The translations under genes and the position numbers were made by a program. The notes under the pieces are model-generated. The model was not told where the DNA came from and did no database searches. It worked only from the letters and a program-made list of their open reading frames with translations. A stretch of DNA of 64,000 nucleotides from the human T2T-CHM13v2.0 reference genome, Homo sapiens, in assembly GCF_009914755.1 (NCBI RefSeq), contig NC_060939.1; one strand, given 5' to 3'. This document shows, piece by piece, positions 1 to 15,167 of the stretch; position 1 is the stretch's first letter, and every line of letters begins with the position of its first letter.

Positions 1-1329
1 TCTTCACTTTGATTGCTAAAGAAGCTCTGTACTTTTACTTCCCTTCTCTTACATTGTGCTTTTGATGTTACAGTTTACATTTTTTATATGTCTTAAGAAT
101 TTATTATAGCTATAGTCATTTTTCATACATTCATCTTATAACTTTATAATGATGTTGTGATTTACACCACCACCATTATGGTGCTTGAATATTCTAAATT
201 TAACCATATATATACTTTACCAGTTAGTTTTATATTTTTATATGTTTTAATGTTACTAATTAGCTGCCTTTTATTTAATCTTAAAAATCCCCCTTTAGCA
301 TTTCTTGTAAGGCAAGCAATAGTGAAGACTCACTCAACTTTTCTTTTTTTTTCTAAAAAAGTCTTTATCTTCTTCATTTCTGAAGGACAGCTTTGCTGGC
401 AAAATGTTGCTGGTTGGCAGTTTTATTTTTCTTCCATTGCTTTGAATATATTATTTCATTCTCTCCTGATCCTCAAGGTTCCTGCTGAGAAATCCACTGA
501 TAGCTTTATTTGGGTCCTTTTTTATATGACAGGATTCTTTTCTCTTGCTGCTTACAAGCTTCTCTCTTTGTTTTTGATTTTTGCCAGGTTGATGATAATG
601 TATGTTTGTGGATTCTTTTTTTGGTTGAATTGACTGGAGAACTTTAGGCTTCATGCATCTGGATGCTCATTTCTTTCCTGACATTTGCTAAGTTTCCTAT
701 GATTATTTCCTTAAATAAGCTTTCTATCTAATGCTCTCTCTATTTTTCTTCTGAACCTACTATAATTCTAATGTTAGCTCTCTTGATAGTATTCCATGGC
801 TTCTGTAGGTTTTATTCTTTTTTTTCTTTTATCTCCACTTACTGGATGATTTAAAATGCTCGGTCTTTGAGTTCACTTATTTTTTTATTCTGCTTCACTT
901 AGTCTGATGTTCAAGCCTCTATTACATTTTTTTAGTTTAGCTGTTGTATTTTTCAGCTCCAACATTTCTGTTTGGTTCTTTTTAAAATATTTTCTGTCTC
1001 TTTATTGAGCTTCTCATTTTGTTCTTGGATTGTCTTCCTGATTTCATTAAACTATTTATTTGTGTTCTCTTGTAGTTCCCCAAGATTCCTTAGGCAATTA
1101 TTTTGATTTTTTCCAGGCAATTTATAGATCTCCAATTCTTTGGGGTTGGTTACTAGAAATTAATTTTGTTCCTTTGGTGGTGTCATGTTTTCCTGCTTCT
1201 TTGTGATCTTTGGGTGTTGATTTTGTCAGTGACTAAACCTGCTGGAGTCCTCTGTGGAGTTAAATACTATAGTTTGTGCAATGATAATTGTGGGTTCCTT
1301 GGTAGTAAAAGCAGTGTGGTATGTGCAGC
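1..1329 (-). mobile_element. Old L1 (L1M-type) ORF1/5' region, antisense
   Basis: T-rich antisense L1 ORF1-like text, e.g. 'tttatcttcttcatttctgaaggacagctttgctgg' and 'aaggttcctgctgagaaatccactgatag'. Interrupted at 1330 by an LTR. Confidence 0.7.
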
Positions 1330-2284
1330 TGATAATGACAGGAGACAGACAGATTCCTAGGCAGACAGGGATAAGTCCCTGGTGAATCCCAACCTTCAAG
1401 CCAAAGACAACCTGAGGCCTGAAAACCAAGCCGCCAGTTCCAGGTGGAGTCCACGACCCAACTGAGAACTTCCTCAGTGCCTTTTAGTCAATTAAATGGT
1501 GCTTTTTCCAGGCCTGCCCATGAACCAGTCAGCACAGATTCCTCCATTCTGAGCCCATAAAAACCCCAGACTCAGCCTCACAGATGGCTCTCTGCTTTCA
1601 GCCCCACTCTTACACAGAGGGCTGCCCACTTTGGCTACTCTCTTGTTGTCAAGAGCTTTTCTGCCGCTCAATAAAAATCTCATCAGCCTTGCTCACTCTG
1701 CAGTGTCTGCATGCTTCATTCCTGTTGGTTGCAGGACAAGAATCCAGGATCCACTGAACAGTGGGTGCGAAAAGAGCTGTAAGATACACCTCCTGTTCAC
1801 CAAGCTACAGAAGTGAAAAAAAAATGCTGGGTGCCACAAGTCCCCAATTGCTGAGCTGTGGGCAGCAGGACTGAATGAGCTGTGACACATCCCCATTTGC
1901 TGAAACTGCCAGCAGTGAGAACGAACAAGAGCTGTAACACTTCCTGGGGGCTCAGACCTTGACTCCCAGAGCAAAAGCTGTAACACCTCTTCGGGCTCCA
2001 CAGTTGCTGGCATCTCTGAGTTTTTGGGCACTGCTGCATCCCCCTTATCCAGATGCCAGCGCTCAAGGCAGAAGTCAGTCATAGCATGCCCAAACCAACT
2101 GTGGGCTGAGCACTGAGCTACGGTGGGTGTCATGGCATCTGGGTGAGTGAGCATGAGTGGAGCACAGCCTGCCAGGCCAAATGAGCAGGACGAGCTCAGA
2201 GGGCCTGAGTGAAGCCTCAGCAGAGGCTCTGCTGGCCATCGAGATTTCCACTTGGCAAAGTGGCCCTCAAAGAATCCTGTGTCA
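1330..2284 (+). mobile_element. Solo ERV1 LTR, LTR1/LTR27/LTR28/MER52-like group
   Basis: TG...CA termini (tgataatgacaggagacag ... gaatcctgtgtca). TATA-like 'cccataaaaacccc' ~1554, AATAAA ~1670 and repeated 'gagctgtaacac' units. Near-TSD cagc/catc. Confidence 0.8.
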
Positions 2285-2812
2285 CATCCATGAGGGCTGT
2301 TGAGGTCCTTGGTATAGAAGGCTACCAGAATTCCACTCAGATCAGGCTACTGGGGACTGCATTGATTCCTACCACAGGACTGATACTGATAGACCTCATC
2401 ATTTCTCTTTCTTACCAGCAGTTTACAGATTTCTCTCCTATGTTGGTCTCCCTAGCAATCTGGGATGGGTGAAACTTAAGCTGGTTGTTTGGGCAATGCT
2501 CCAGTAGGCTGGGTAAGATGGTTCACTCCACTCTCCTTTTCTCTGCAAGGGGAACTTGCAAGCTGAGCAGTGACCTCTCCATACTGAGCACTGCCAGCCT
2601 GAGGAAGATGACGCAGGCAAAATGAAACTGTTTTTTCTACCATTTTTTTGTGTTTTTTCTTGAAGTTTTTCTGTCTGCTCTGTTGTTTTAACTTCTGAAG
2701 TAGATTCCTGATCTCTGCTAGATATTTTCATTTGTGGATATTTGCCCAGTTGTTGTTCCTTTAGGAGGAATAAAGACTGAGATCACCTACTCTGCCATTC
2801 TAGCTGATGTCT
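2285..2812 (-). mobile_element. Continuation of the old L1, 5'UTR end
   Basis: Resumes after the LTR and ends in 'ctctgccattctag', which resembles the antisense of the L1 5' AAGATGGC motif. Confidence 0.5.
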
Positions 2813-2814
2813 AA

Positions 2815-3300
2815 CACATTTTCTTTGTTCATCTGTCTATGGACTTTTAGGCTGTTTCCATATCTTGGCTTTTGTGAATAATGCTGTAGTAAACATGGGT
2901 GTGAAGGTATCTCTTTGAGGTTCTGATTTCAATTCTTTTGGACATATTCCTAAAAGTGGGATTGCTGAATCATATAATAATTTTGTTTTTAATGTTTTGA
3001 GGAACTGACACATTATTTTTCATAGTGACTGCACCATTTTCTATTTCCACCAAAAGTGTATAGGAGTTTCAATTCCCTAAATTCTAGCCAACACTTCTTT
3101 TGTTTTTTGATAATAGCCATGCTAATAGGCATGAGGCAATATCTCATTGGTGTTTGGATATGCATTTCCTTAACAACTAGTGATGCTGAACATATTTGCT
3201 TATACCTGTTGGCCATTTGTGTATTTCCTCTGAGAAATGTCTTCAAGTTTTTCACCCACTTTGAAATTGCATTATTATCATTATTATTTTTGCCATAGTA
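2815..3300 (-). mobile_element. Old L1M ORF2 3' fragment
   Basis: ORF 3013-3255(-) 'QMANRYKQICSASLVVKEMHIQTPMRYCL' is a decayed L1 ORF2 C-terminus. Confidence 0.8.
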
Positions 3301-4529
3301 TGACTGATTTTTAAGTGCTTCTTATATAATGGAGTTATTTAAATTTATTTTTTTCTGTTCATTATTTGCCTGTTAAATTTGTCTTTATTTTCTAGTAATT
3401 TTAAATTGTTTTAATTTCTAACATTTTCCCCTATATTTGTGTTTGCCATTGATAAATTTTAAATTTCATTATCAAATATGCTATAACTCTTTTCTTATTG
3501 TTTTTCCTTCATAGGGGCAGGATATACTTAAAAGTTTTTATTTATTCCAAAATAATTTAAATAGTCTCTCTATGTTTCTAGTAATTAAAAAAATTACTCC
3601 TTTGCAATTTATGTTAAGTATAAGTTATAAAATATAATTCTTTTAAAAAATCTGGTTAACCAGTTGTTCCAGCACAACTTATTGTGTCCTCTGGGACAAT
3701 AGAATTGAAAATGCACGTCATACTCTAGAGAGCACATATTGTACATCGTAGCATTTTCCACCCCTAATCCTGGGAAATTCGCCATTTTTCTTACTTCTTC
3801 TGTGAAACTCAAAAGTTGTGTTTCTGTGCTCTTTGGATGAAGTGCAAATCAACTTTTAAATTATTCCCTCAGGGCTTATGCTCCTACCTGGCTTCTCCTG
3901 GCCTCCAGAGGATTGATTTTTGTAGTTACAGCTCATGCTGCTAGTTAGTTTACTGTTACATCAGGGCAGAAACTGATGCATACCAACATGTACCCAGGAT
4001 AAAGTCCTCCACTGCGGGTGGTGGAAGAGGCTTCTTCTACCTCCTCCCCATAGTTCCTGAAGGCACCAAGACTGTCACAGTAATTGGTAGGTGGAATGTT
4101 GTTATAACATTTACATAAACCATCCTATTTTTGAGACAGTAGGACAGATAATAATGATGGGAATAACTATGTAAAATGCTCAGAGATCAGTGGTAAGAAA
4201 CAGAAAGCAGCATGTAAGGAAATGTCTTAGGGAACTGTGATGATAGTATAGAGTAGGTTTTAGCTGTGGAGTGGGTGGACAAATTGTTTCTTTTCAGCCT
4301 TGGTCTCAATAATTAAAGCATTTTAAAGTCAGGGTTGAACAGGGCATTGAAGAGACAGCTTCATCATTTTATACTCATAGGATGAATCATTTCTAAGCAA
4401 GCTCAGAGAAGGCTGTTTTGATTTATGGGTCTTCAGAGTGTGACAGATTATTAAAATAAACTTCCAAAATTTTGAATCCTTTTACTCCTGGAAGAAAGTC
4501 AGGAAAACCCCAAGATCTTTAGTTACTTC

Positions 4530-8027
<3,498 letters not shown>

Positions 8028-8339
8028 TCAGGATGATCTCTGTGAAGAGGAAGGGAAAGGTGAGGCTTGAAATATTTCATTTCAAAGGGATTAGTGTTAG
8101 TAGTAGCAAAAACTTTGAAAATAAATAGAAAAGCAAAAAAGAAACTTAAAAGCAAAGAGACTCTTACTTGAAATAAATGTGGGTGAAATATGTATTTTAA
8201 CAAAAAGGATTCCAAAAAGCAAAATTAGGAATTATGTAGCAGAGTAGGGAAAGAAGAAATGAATTAATAAAAACAATTAGATGTTGTGGTGTTTAATTTT
8301 TGTCAAAGTCTACTGATCTATTTATTCAATAAAAAATCC

Positions 8340-8470
8340 ATGTAATCATCCCATCCATCCATCCATTTAACAAACACATATTGAAGACCATAACATGCTA
8401 GGAACTACTTTAGGCAGTAGATATATAAATGAGACATACTCCATGACCTCAAGGAGCTCAGAGTTCCTGT
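8340..8470 (-). mobile_element. L2 3'-end relic
   Basis: 'catccatttaacaaacacatattga...tgacctcaaggagctcagagt' is typical of an antisense L2 tail. Confidence 0.55.
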
Positions 8471-8724
8471 TATATTTTGCAAAATACAAACTGAAAAATT
8501 ACAATGTAATGAGTTAAAATTTGTACTGGAGGTGTAAACAGTACTATTATGGGAGCCATAAAAATATGACATTTTTATGGAACTTATATATACAAAATTC
8601 ATACAAAATTTCAGGCATTTTAGAAAACAAGCTTCTGAGAATAGCTGAAGGATTTAAAAATAGTGATACATCAACAATGTAACAGGACTGTGGGTCTGGG
8701 AAAAATGTGGGGAGCATTATATGC

Positions 8725-8850
8725 ATTAATCACTACAATACCTGTGAAGTAGGTACTGTTATTATTTCCATTGCACTAATGAGGCACACTGAGGCAGAGG
8801 TAAGTGAGTTGCCCAGGATTACACAGCTAGTAAGTGCTTAGCTGTGGTTA
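8725..8850 (-). mobile_element. MIR SINE relic
   Basis: Matches the MIR core: 'tgtgaagtaggtactgttattatttccatt...actgaggcagaggtaagtgagttgcccaggattacacagctagtaagtg'. Confidence 0.8.
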
Positions 8851-8862
8851 GAATGAAGGCAC

Positions 8863-9454
8863 TGAGAAATAAAATAAAAATGAAACCCTTAGCTCCCCAA
8901 GCTACTGAATGGACCCTCTCTTGGCCAAGGGCACCCCAGAGTAACCTTAAAAGCTGAGTTTTCATCCATGACAAGATGGGCGGTCAGAGGTGCCTTCTTA
9001 CATCCCCGCCCTCACTTAACTACCATTAGACTTTCCTACCTAAGTGCTAAATAGAAACCAGCTCTTTTGAAAGACTCCACTGCTGATATCAACAAATCAC
9101 TGAAGCAGTCCCTCTTTTTTTGTGGTTTTAACATGGCAATTAACCAGCATTCCTTCCTGATAAGAGACCAACTATATGCTACTCATGAAGGGGCATGAAG
9201 CACAATTGTGCATGTGCATGGTTGTCCTTTCATAAATATTCAAGATTCCTCCTATAGCTTATTGAGCATATGTATTTGGCCACCTCACTCAGTACATATT
9301 CCTTTTGACACTGTCTCGAAATATTTGTTTCTGGCTCCTGGCCAGAGGCTATATTTCCCAGCCTGTCATAATAGCCACCCTTCAGGCTACAACTCTATGA
9401 GAAATAAAGGTCCTCCTTTCCAAATTTATGAACCTCATCATTCTTCAGTTGATA
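8863..9454 (+). mobile_element. Solo ERV1 LTR, MER39-like
   Basis: Starts tgagaaataaaa...ctgaatggaccctctcttggccaaggg and ends ...tcttcagttgata. Perfect 4-bp TSD gcac (8859-8862 and 9455-9458). Confidence 0.8.
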
Positions 9455-9473
9455 GCACTGACACCCCATATCT

Positions 9474-9780
9474 AAGTATATTAAAAGAGAAATAAGCTGC
9501 AAATATGTATAATATATAAATATGTAATATATGTAAATATATGATATATACATATTTATATATAATTTATATTATATATAAAATATATTTTAATATACTT
9601 TAATATATTCAAGTAAATTAAAAGAATATATTAATAGTTGTATATAAAATAAGTATTTTAATATACTTTAATAATGTTAATGTATATACTATATATTTTA
9701 ATATACTTTAATAACATTAAAGTGTATTATTAAATATAATAATATATTAAAGTATATTAAAAGAGAAATAAGCAGCAAAT
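9474..9780. repeat. AT-rich low-complexity insert bounded by a 31-bp direct repeat
   Basis: aagtatattaaaagagaaataagc(t/a)gcaaat occurs at 9474-9504 and at 9750-9780. Confidence 0.85.
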
Positions 9781-11014
9781 GATCTTCAAAATAGTCTCAT
9801 TGAGATCAGCCCTTCTCTTATCCTAATGGTTTCTTCTTGCCTAGTTTACTGTGGGCAACAATGCATACAGAAAATCAATGTAATAACTACATCTTGATAT
9901 TTTCTGCTACTGGTTTATTTATGACACTCGAGGTCCCTTGGCTACCTATACCCATCTATATGGTGAAGATGCTTCTGTATACTCCTTCCTCACCATCCCA
10001 CAGAATAAGTGAGCTCCATATCCTAAAAATAGGAAAATTAATTTGCATTCTTTCTAAGTGTTGTATATATCCACAATGGTGATGATATCACTGTTTCTCC
10101 CTATTGCTACCCAAATCATTCTTAATTTACCTTTCTGAGAATTTTACTCTCAACCTACTTTTACTTTAACGGAATCATAGGATTTTAGAGGTAGAACATT
10201 TCTTAAAATTCTAGTTAAAATCCCTCCTTTTGCTATGAAGAAACTGTCATAGAGGAAGATCTCACGACCTCAACATCACGCAGATTCTTGTTTTCTCCCA
10301 AAGCATTGCTTCTCTTGAGAAGATTTCACAGTTCACTCACCGACAGGGAATGCACCTGTACTCCTAGGTATTTCCATAGTCATCCTCTAGGTACTACATC
10401 CCTGTAGATTAAGAATGGGAATTTTCTAGATGTTGTTAAAAGAGGAGCAGAAGCTTAGGAGGAGTAGGTGGGTGGATGTAAGATGAAGTAACTCTTCTTA
10501 AGGAACTTATCCAACCACTGCTCTAAGAGTAAGGACTGATTTGGAATAGTCATCCCCTCCTCAATGGCAACCTTAGAAAAAAATGCCCTAAGTCAATCTT
10601 CATGAGTGGCTTATCTCCCCCAAGAATTTCCCATAAACATAATTGCTTGCTTTGGGTTTTTTTGGTACAATTCCCAGCTTTTCTTGGGGTGTTACAGTGC
10701 ATACCCAAGTATGTATAGTTTATTTAGCCCAATTTTATTAAGGACGTGGTATGGGCTGGATGAACCTCATTTTAGACACAGAAGATAGGAAAACAATATT
10801 TTTAAATTGCCATTGTGGAGTTCAAATTCCAGCTGCCTTTGGTAGTATGACAATAGCAACATATGATCCATTGATAAACCCTGGAGTTGCATCTCCTAAA
10901 TATTTTCTAAACAAATTATTATTCTCTTCAAATAGTTATTGCTGTATTGTTAGTTTAAGCCATATATATATATATATATATATTCTTGTAATGTTGTCTT
11001 ACTCTGATTTATTC

Positions 11015-11590
11015 ACATAGCAGCCAGGGTGATATTTCTAAATTGCAAATTGTATTAAGCTATTCTCCCGAGTTTTATTGTAAAACATATTGAAAGAAAA
11101 TTGGAAATCCAATTTTATTATTGTGGGCTACATTACTTGGTCTTTGACTAACTCTTTATTTTGTTCTTATGCTTCTACCAGTTGTGGGTCTTCTACAGTT
11201 CTTAGAAAGTCTTTCATGACACAAGGCCTTTTCATTTACTATTCTCTATTCCTAAAATGCTTTTCTTCAAACTTTCAAAGTTAGAAAAACGTCACCAACT
11301 CAGAACCTTTTCTAAAATACTCCATCACACACATACCACTCCCATCATTATTTACTCTACCATTGCCTTTTTATTTCCTGCTTGTCTTTTAGCACTAGTA
11401 GCAATTATTTTATTTTACTTATTTATATTTTATTTTATTTTTATTTGTTTACTTATTTATTGTCTGTCTATATTTTCAGAATGGAAGTTTGATGAGGCAG
11501 ATATTGAGTGTTCCTTGTTCATTGTTGTGTCTCAGCAGGTAGCATATAGTAGATACTCTCTAAATGTTTGCGGGATAAACAAATGAATAG
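11015..11590 (+). mobile_element. L2 3' relic
   Basis: Ends with an L2 tail-like sequence: 'tccttgttcattgttgtgtctcagcag...tagtagatactctctaaatgtttg...aaatgaat'. Confidence 0.6.
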
Positions 11591-11791
11591 TTTACAGAAG
11601 TGACACAGAAGCTATATATTTAGGAATAGACTTTTTAATATCACATGTAGATAGCTTTGTTTTGACATGTGTTAAATGACAAGTGCTGGACAGAATAAGA
11701 ATTGTTGCATCATTTATGGTATTTTAGGTAATGGTTATGTTAATGTAGGGAAACTAGGTGCTTGTTCTTCCTTGAAGTGACATGGTGTAGT

Positions 11792-11792
<1 letters not shown>

Positions 11793-11828
<36 letters not shown>
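11793..11828. repeat. (GT)18 microsatellite
   Basis: Uninterrupted GT run read directly. Confidence 0.97.
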
Positions 11829-11830
<2 letters not shown>

Positions 11831-12579
11831 TGAGTAGTGGCTGAGCATTACTAGCTTTGGGAGTAGGGGGTTTGATTGGCTGCCTGACTATTGGATTGAG
11901 ATGCTCCAGCAAAATATTTCTTTTCCACTTGACACTTGTGAAGGGTGGAGGACAGAGACACTCATCAAGGAGTGTGGAGGGATGAATCCTTTGTATTTTT
12001 GTCCTAAGGAATAAATGTGGTTGATTTTGGTTCTTAATGCAAAGTATATACATCATTAGTTTCTAATTTTATGTCATACGTTGAACACTGAGGTACAAAA
12101 GAAAATCTCTTTGACACTTTTTTCTGGTAAAATCACCCTTTCTATTCCATAATACCTGATGTATGTCTGTCTTTTCAAGACATCAACACTCATTCACCTA
12201 AATTCTTTCTAGATTAGTGCCATTTTCTACTTCTGTTTTGGTGGAATGGGTATGGAGTAGAGCAGAGGAAGAAGGGGTGATTTGTGTGACGACACTCAGA
12301 ATCATTGCATCATGTCCCCATAATAATAAAAAAGCATATGATCTTGTAATGGTATTTACTGCTTTAAAATATTCATCTCCTTTCAATAATAAAGGGACAA
12401 TTATTTACTTAGGAACAAATAATCGCTTCCATCTGGTCAAAAACTACATAGCATAATAGCAAAATATGTAAATGAGCTGAGTAATCATAATATTTCAGAT
12501 GCTTTTGTTAGAAATTTATTTGATTGTTGGAACCTCATAGTTGACTTATCAGTGAATGTAAATGAGTTAGTATATAACT

Positions 12580-12641
12580 AGCTCATAGCCCTCATAACTA
12601 ATAACACAATGTTGTGTTATTAGTTATGAGGGCTATGAGCT
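12580..12641. repeat. Perfect inverted repeat, 30-bp arms with a 2-nt spacer
   Basis: agctcatagccctcataactaataacacaa-TG-ttgtgttattagttatgagggctatgagct. Confidence 0.97.
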
Positions 12642-12649
12642 GCCTCCTC

Positions 12650-12658
12650 CAGGTAAGT
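12650..12658 (+). promoter_or_regulatory. Candidate 5' splice donor for an OR4M2 5'UTR exon
   Basis: Perfect consensus CAG|GTAAGT, ~1.5 kb upstream of the acceptor before the OR4M2 ATG. Confidence 0.45.
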
Positions 12659-14179
12659 ACAATAAGATCATTGTTTCTTGGAATGTTAGGAAATATTTCA
12701 TTCTGGATAACCTTATTATCTTTCTTTTGATTAAAATCTTCCTAAACCAAATTTTAAATTTTTCAATCTTATTAAATATGCTTCATTAACTCACTGAGGT
12801 CCACACTGGGCAATTTATGGACAAGGGGAAATTGATCCCTTTTCTAAATAGTCCCACACTATTCAATTTCTGAGTATTTTTACCTTTCTTCCGCTTGCTA
12901 CCAGATTCCTGGAAAACACTGGTTTTATGTGTGTGTGTCTGCTTGTAGTAAGCCATCCCTTTTTCAAAATACAATGCTTCTATAAGATATTGAAAGTCAT
13001 TTATCTATGTTTGTTAAAATTATGTATAAATTGAGTCAGTAGGTTCCAAAAATGGCGCATTTAATTTCTTTTCTCAGTAGTATACATAGTGCCCATAAGT
13101 GTTTGGACACAGCCACGTCTATTTGGTTTTACAGAACCTTAACTTTTTAAAAATTCCTTTTCATATTTAATTTTTTTAAGTAATAGGAGAGGCAATATCA
13201 TAAAATATCACATCAACAGAAAAGAAACAACTCTCTTGTATTTGCTGTTGGTTACAACAAAACTTACTTTGGTGTGGCAGTTTTTAACCTTACTTAAAGA
13301 AAAGCATATTTGGTAATGTGAACTGTTATTTCATTTTTATTTGACAAGTTTTGTGCTACTTAGTGGTGTCAGATTCAATACAGGGCAGTAAGCAAAATTT
13401 TAAAAATAATATTATTCCCATTGTCACCTTGAAACAGCAGAGCAGATCAGCTCAGAATCAAATTGGGTAGCAAGCATACTCATTTCTCAGATCAGTACAC
13501 CTACTTACGTTCCTGCTGTGGTGAGCAAATTTTATACTCAATGTAGTATCAGGTATTGATGAATCTGGTCACAGCTAGAAGAATTTTTTATATAAGGCCT
13601 TGCATAGCTGTATGTTGTGGCTGGTTACCTGTTACCAAGGATTAAGCTGTACAGTTTTTGGTTATAGTTATGGAAAAATATGTCCCTTCACTACTTATGA
13701 AGCCTTGGGATCTCTTTTCTGTATCACAACTAAAGTACTGCTAGATCTGTGTGTGTGCTATTAGAATGCAAGCCTAAGTTTCCAGGTTGGCAAGATTTCC
13801 CAACAAAAAAAAAGATATAGAAAAAAGAGGCCACATCTCTGATTGCCAGTCTAAAATTTGGCTACACTCAGAAGTAGCTTCACATATTGCTTACTAATGT
13901 AGATGTTTGGGGGAAGAAGTAGTGCATTGCCAAATTTCAGAAAAAGTAAGTTTTTAACATTAACAAGCTGAGATTTGAGTTTCAAATATATGCCACACTT
14001 CATATAGTTTTAATGTTTCCAATTTATAACTTCATCACATACTCTCTCCCTCTTGGTTTATCAGATATAAAATGGGCAACCAAATGTATCCTCGTGTAAT
14101 CTGTTAGTGACAGGGAACGTATGACAATTTTGAAAGCAGTGATATAACTCTAGGTAAATGCTATGTCTACTAATTATAG

Positions 14180-14196
14180 TTTCTTAATTTTCATAG
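14180..14196 (+). promoter_or_regulatory. Candidate splice acceptor of the OR4M2 coding exon
   Basis: tttcttaattttcatAG ends 29 nt before the ATG, which is typical OR gene architecture. Confidence 0.55.
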
Positions 14197-14225
14197 CTAT
14201 ATTATGAAAAGAGTAAATTGAAGAA

Positions 14226-15167
14226 ATGGAAACTGCAAATTACACCAAGGTGACAGAATTTGTTCTCACTGGCCTATCCCAGACTCCAGAGGTCCAACTA
14301 GTCCTATTTGTTATATTTCTATCCTTCTATTTGTTCATCCTACCAGGAAATATCCTTATCATTTGCACCATCAGTCTAGACCCTCATCTGACCTCTCCTA
14401 TGTATTTCCTGTTGGCTAATCTGGCCTTCCTTGATATTTGGTACTCTTCCATTACAGCCCCTGAAATGCTCATAGACTTCTTTGTGGAGAGGAAGATAAT
14501 TTCTTTTGATGAATGCATTGCACAGCTCTTCTTCTTACACTTTGCTGGGGCTTCAGAGATGTTCTTGCTCACAGTGATGGCCTTTGACCTCTACACTGCT
14601 ATCTGCCGACCCCTCCACTATGCTACCATCATGAATCAACGTCTCTGCTGTATCCTGGTGGCTCTCTCCTGGAGGGGGGGCTTCATTCATTCTATCATAC
14701 AGGTGGCTCTCATTGTTCGACTTCCTTTCTGTGGGCCCAATGAGTTAGACAGTTACTTCTGTGACATCACACAGGTTGTCCGGATTGCCTGTGCCAACAC
14801 CTTCCCAGAGGAGTTAGTGATGATCTGTAGTAGTGGTCTGATCTCTGTGGTGTGTTTGATTGCTCTGTTAATGTCCTATGCCTTCCTTCTGGCCTTGCTC
14901 AAGAAACTTTCAGGCTCAGGTGAGAATACCAACAGGGCCATGTCCACCTGCTATTCCCACATTACCATTGTGGTGCTAATGTTTGGGCCATCCATCTACA
15001 TTTATGCTCGCCCATTTGACTCGTTTTCCCTAGATAAAGTGGTGTCTGTGTTCAATACTTTAATATTCCCTTTACGTAATCCCATTATTTACACATTGAG
15101 AAACAAGGAAGTAAAGGCAGCCATGAGGAAGTTGGTCACCAAATATATTTTGTGTAAAGAGAAGTGA
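14226..15167 (+). CDS. OR4M2: Olfactory receptor family 4 subfamily M (OR4M2-type), 313 aa
   Basis: Intronless 7TM ORF with an N-glycosylation site (NYT), GN, PMYFLL, MAFDLYTAICRPLHY, FCD, STC.SH and NPIIYTLRNKEVK. The sequence resembles OR4M2 as I recall it, and a duplicate such as OR4M2B cannot be excluded. AATAAA at 15342. Confidence 0.88.
   Translation: METANYTKVTEFVLTGLSQTPEVQLVLFVIFLSFYLFILPGNILIICTISLDPHLTSPMYFLLANLAFLDIWYSSITAPEMLIDFFVERKIISFDECIAQLFFLHFAGASEMFLLTVMAFDLYTAICRPLHYATIMNQRLCCILVALSWRGGFIHSIIQVALIVRLPFCGPNELDSYFCDITQVVRIACANTFPEELVMICSSGLISVVCLIALLMSYAFLLALLKKLSGSGENTNRAMSTCYSHITIVVLMFGPSIYIYARPFDSFSLDKVVSVFNTLIFPLRNPIIYTLRNKEVKAAMRKLVTKYILCKEK

Noticed and set aside
1693-2154. 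153-aa minus-strand ORF
   Set aside because: It lies wholly inside a GC-rich solo LTR and has no recognisable protein motif.
3760-4240. O/E (EBF)-like motifs (ttccctcaggg, tcttagggaa) and a GTAAG donor as a distal OR promoter
   Set aside because: Short degenerate matches are expected by chance, and I have no paralog or conservation support in this window.
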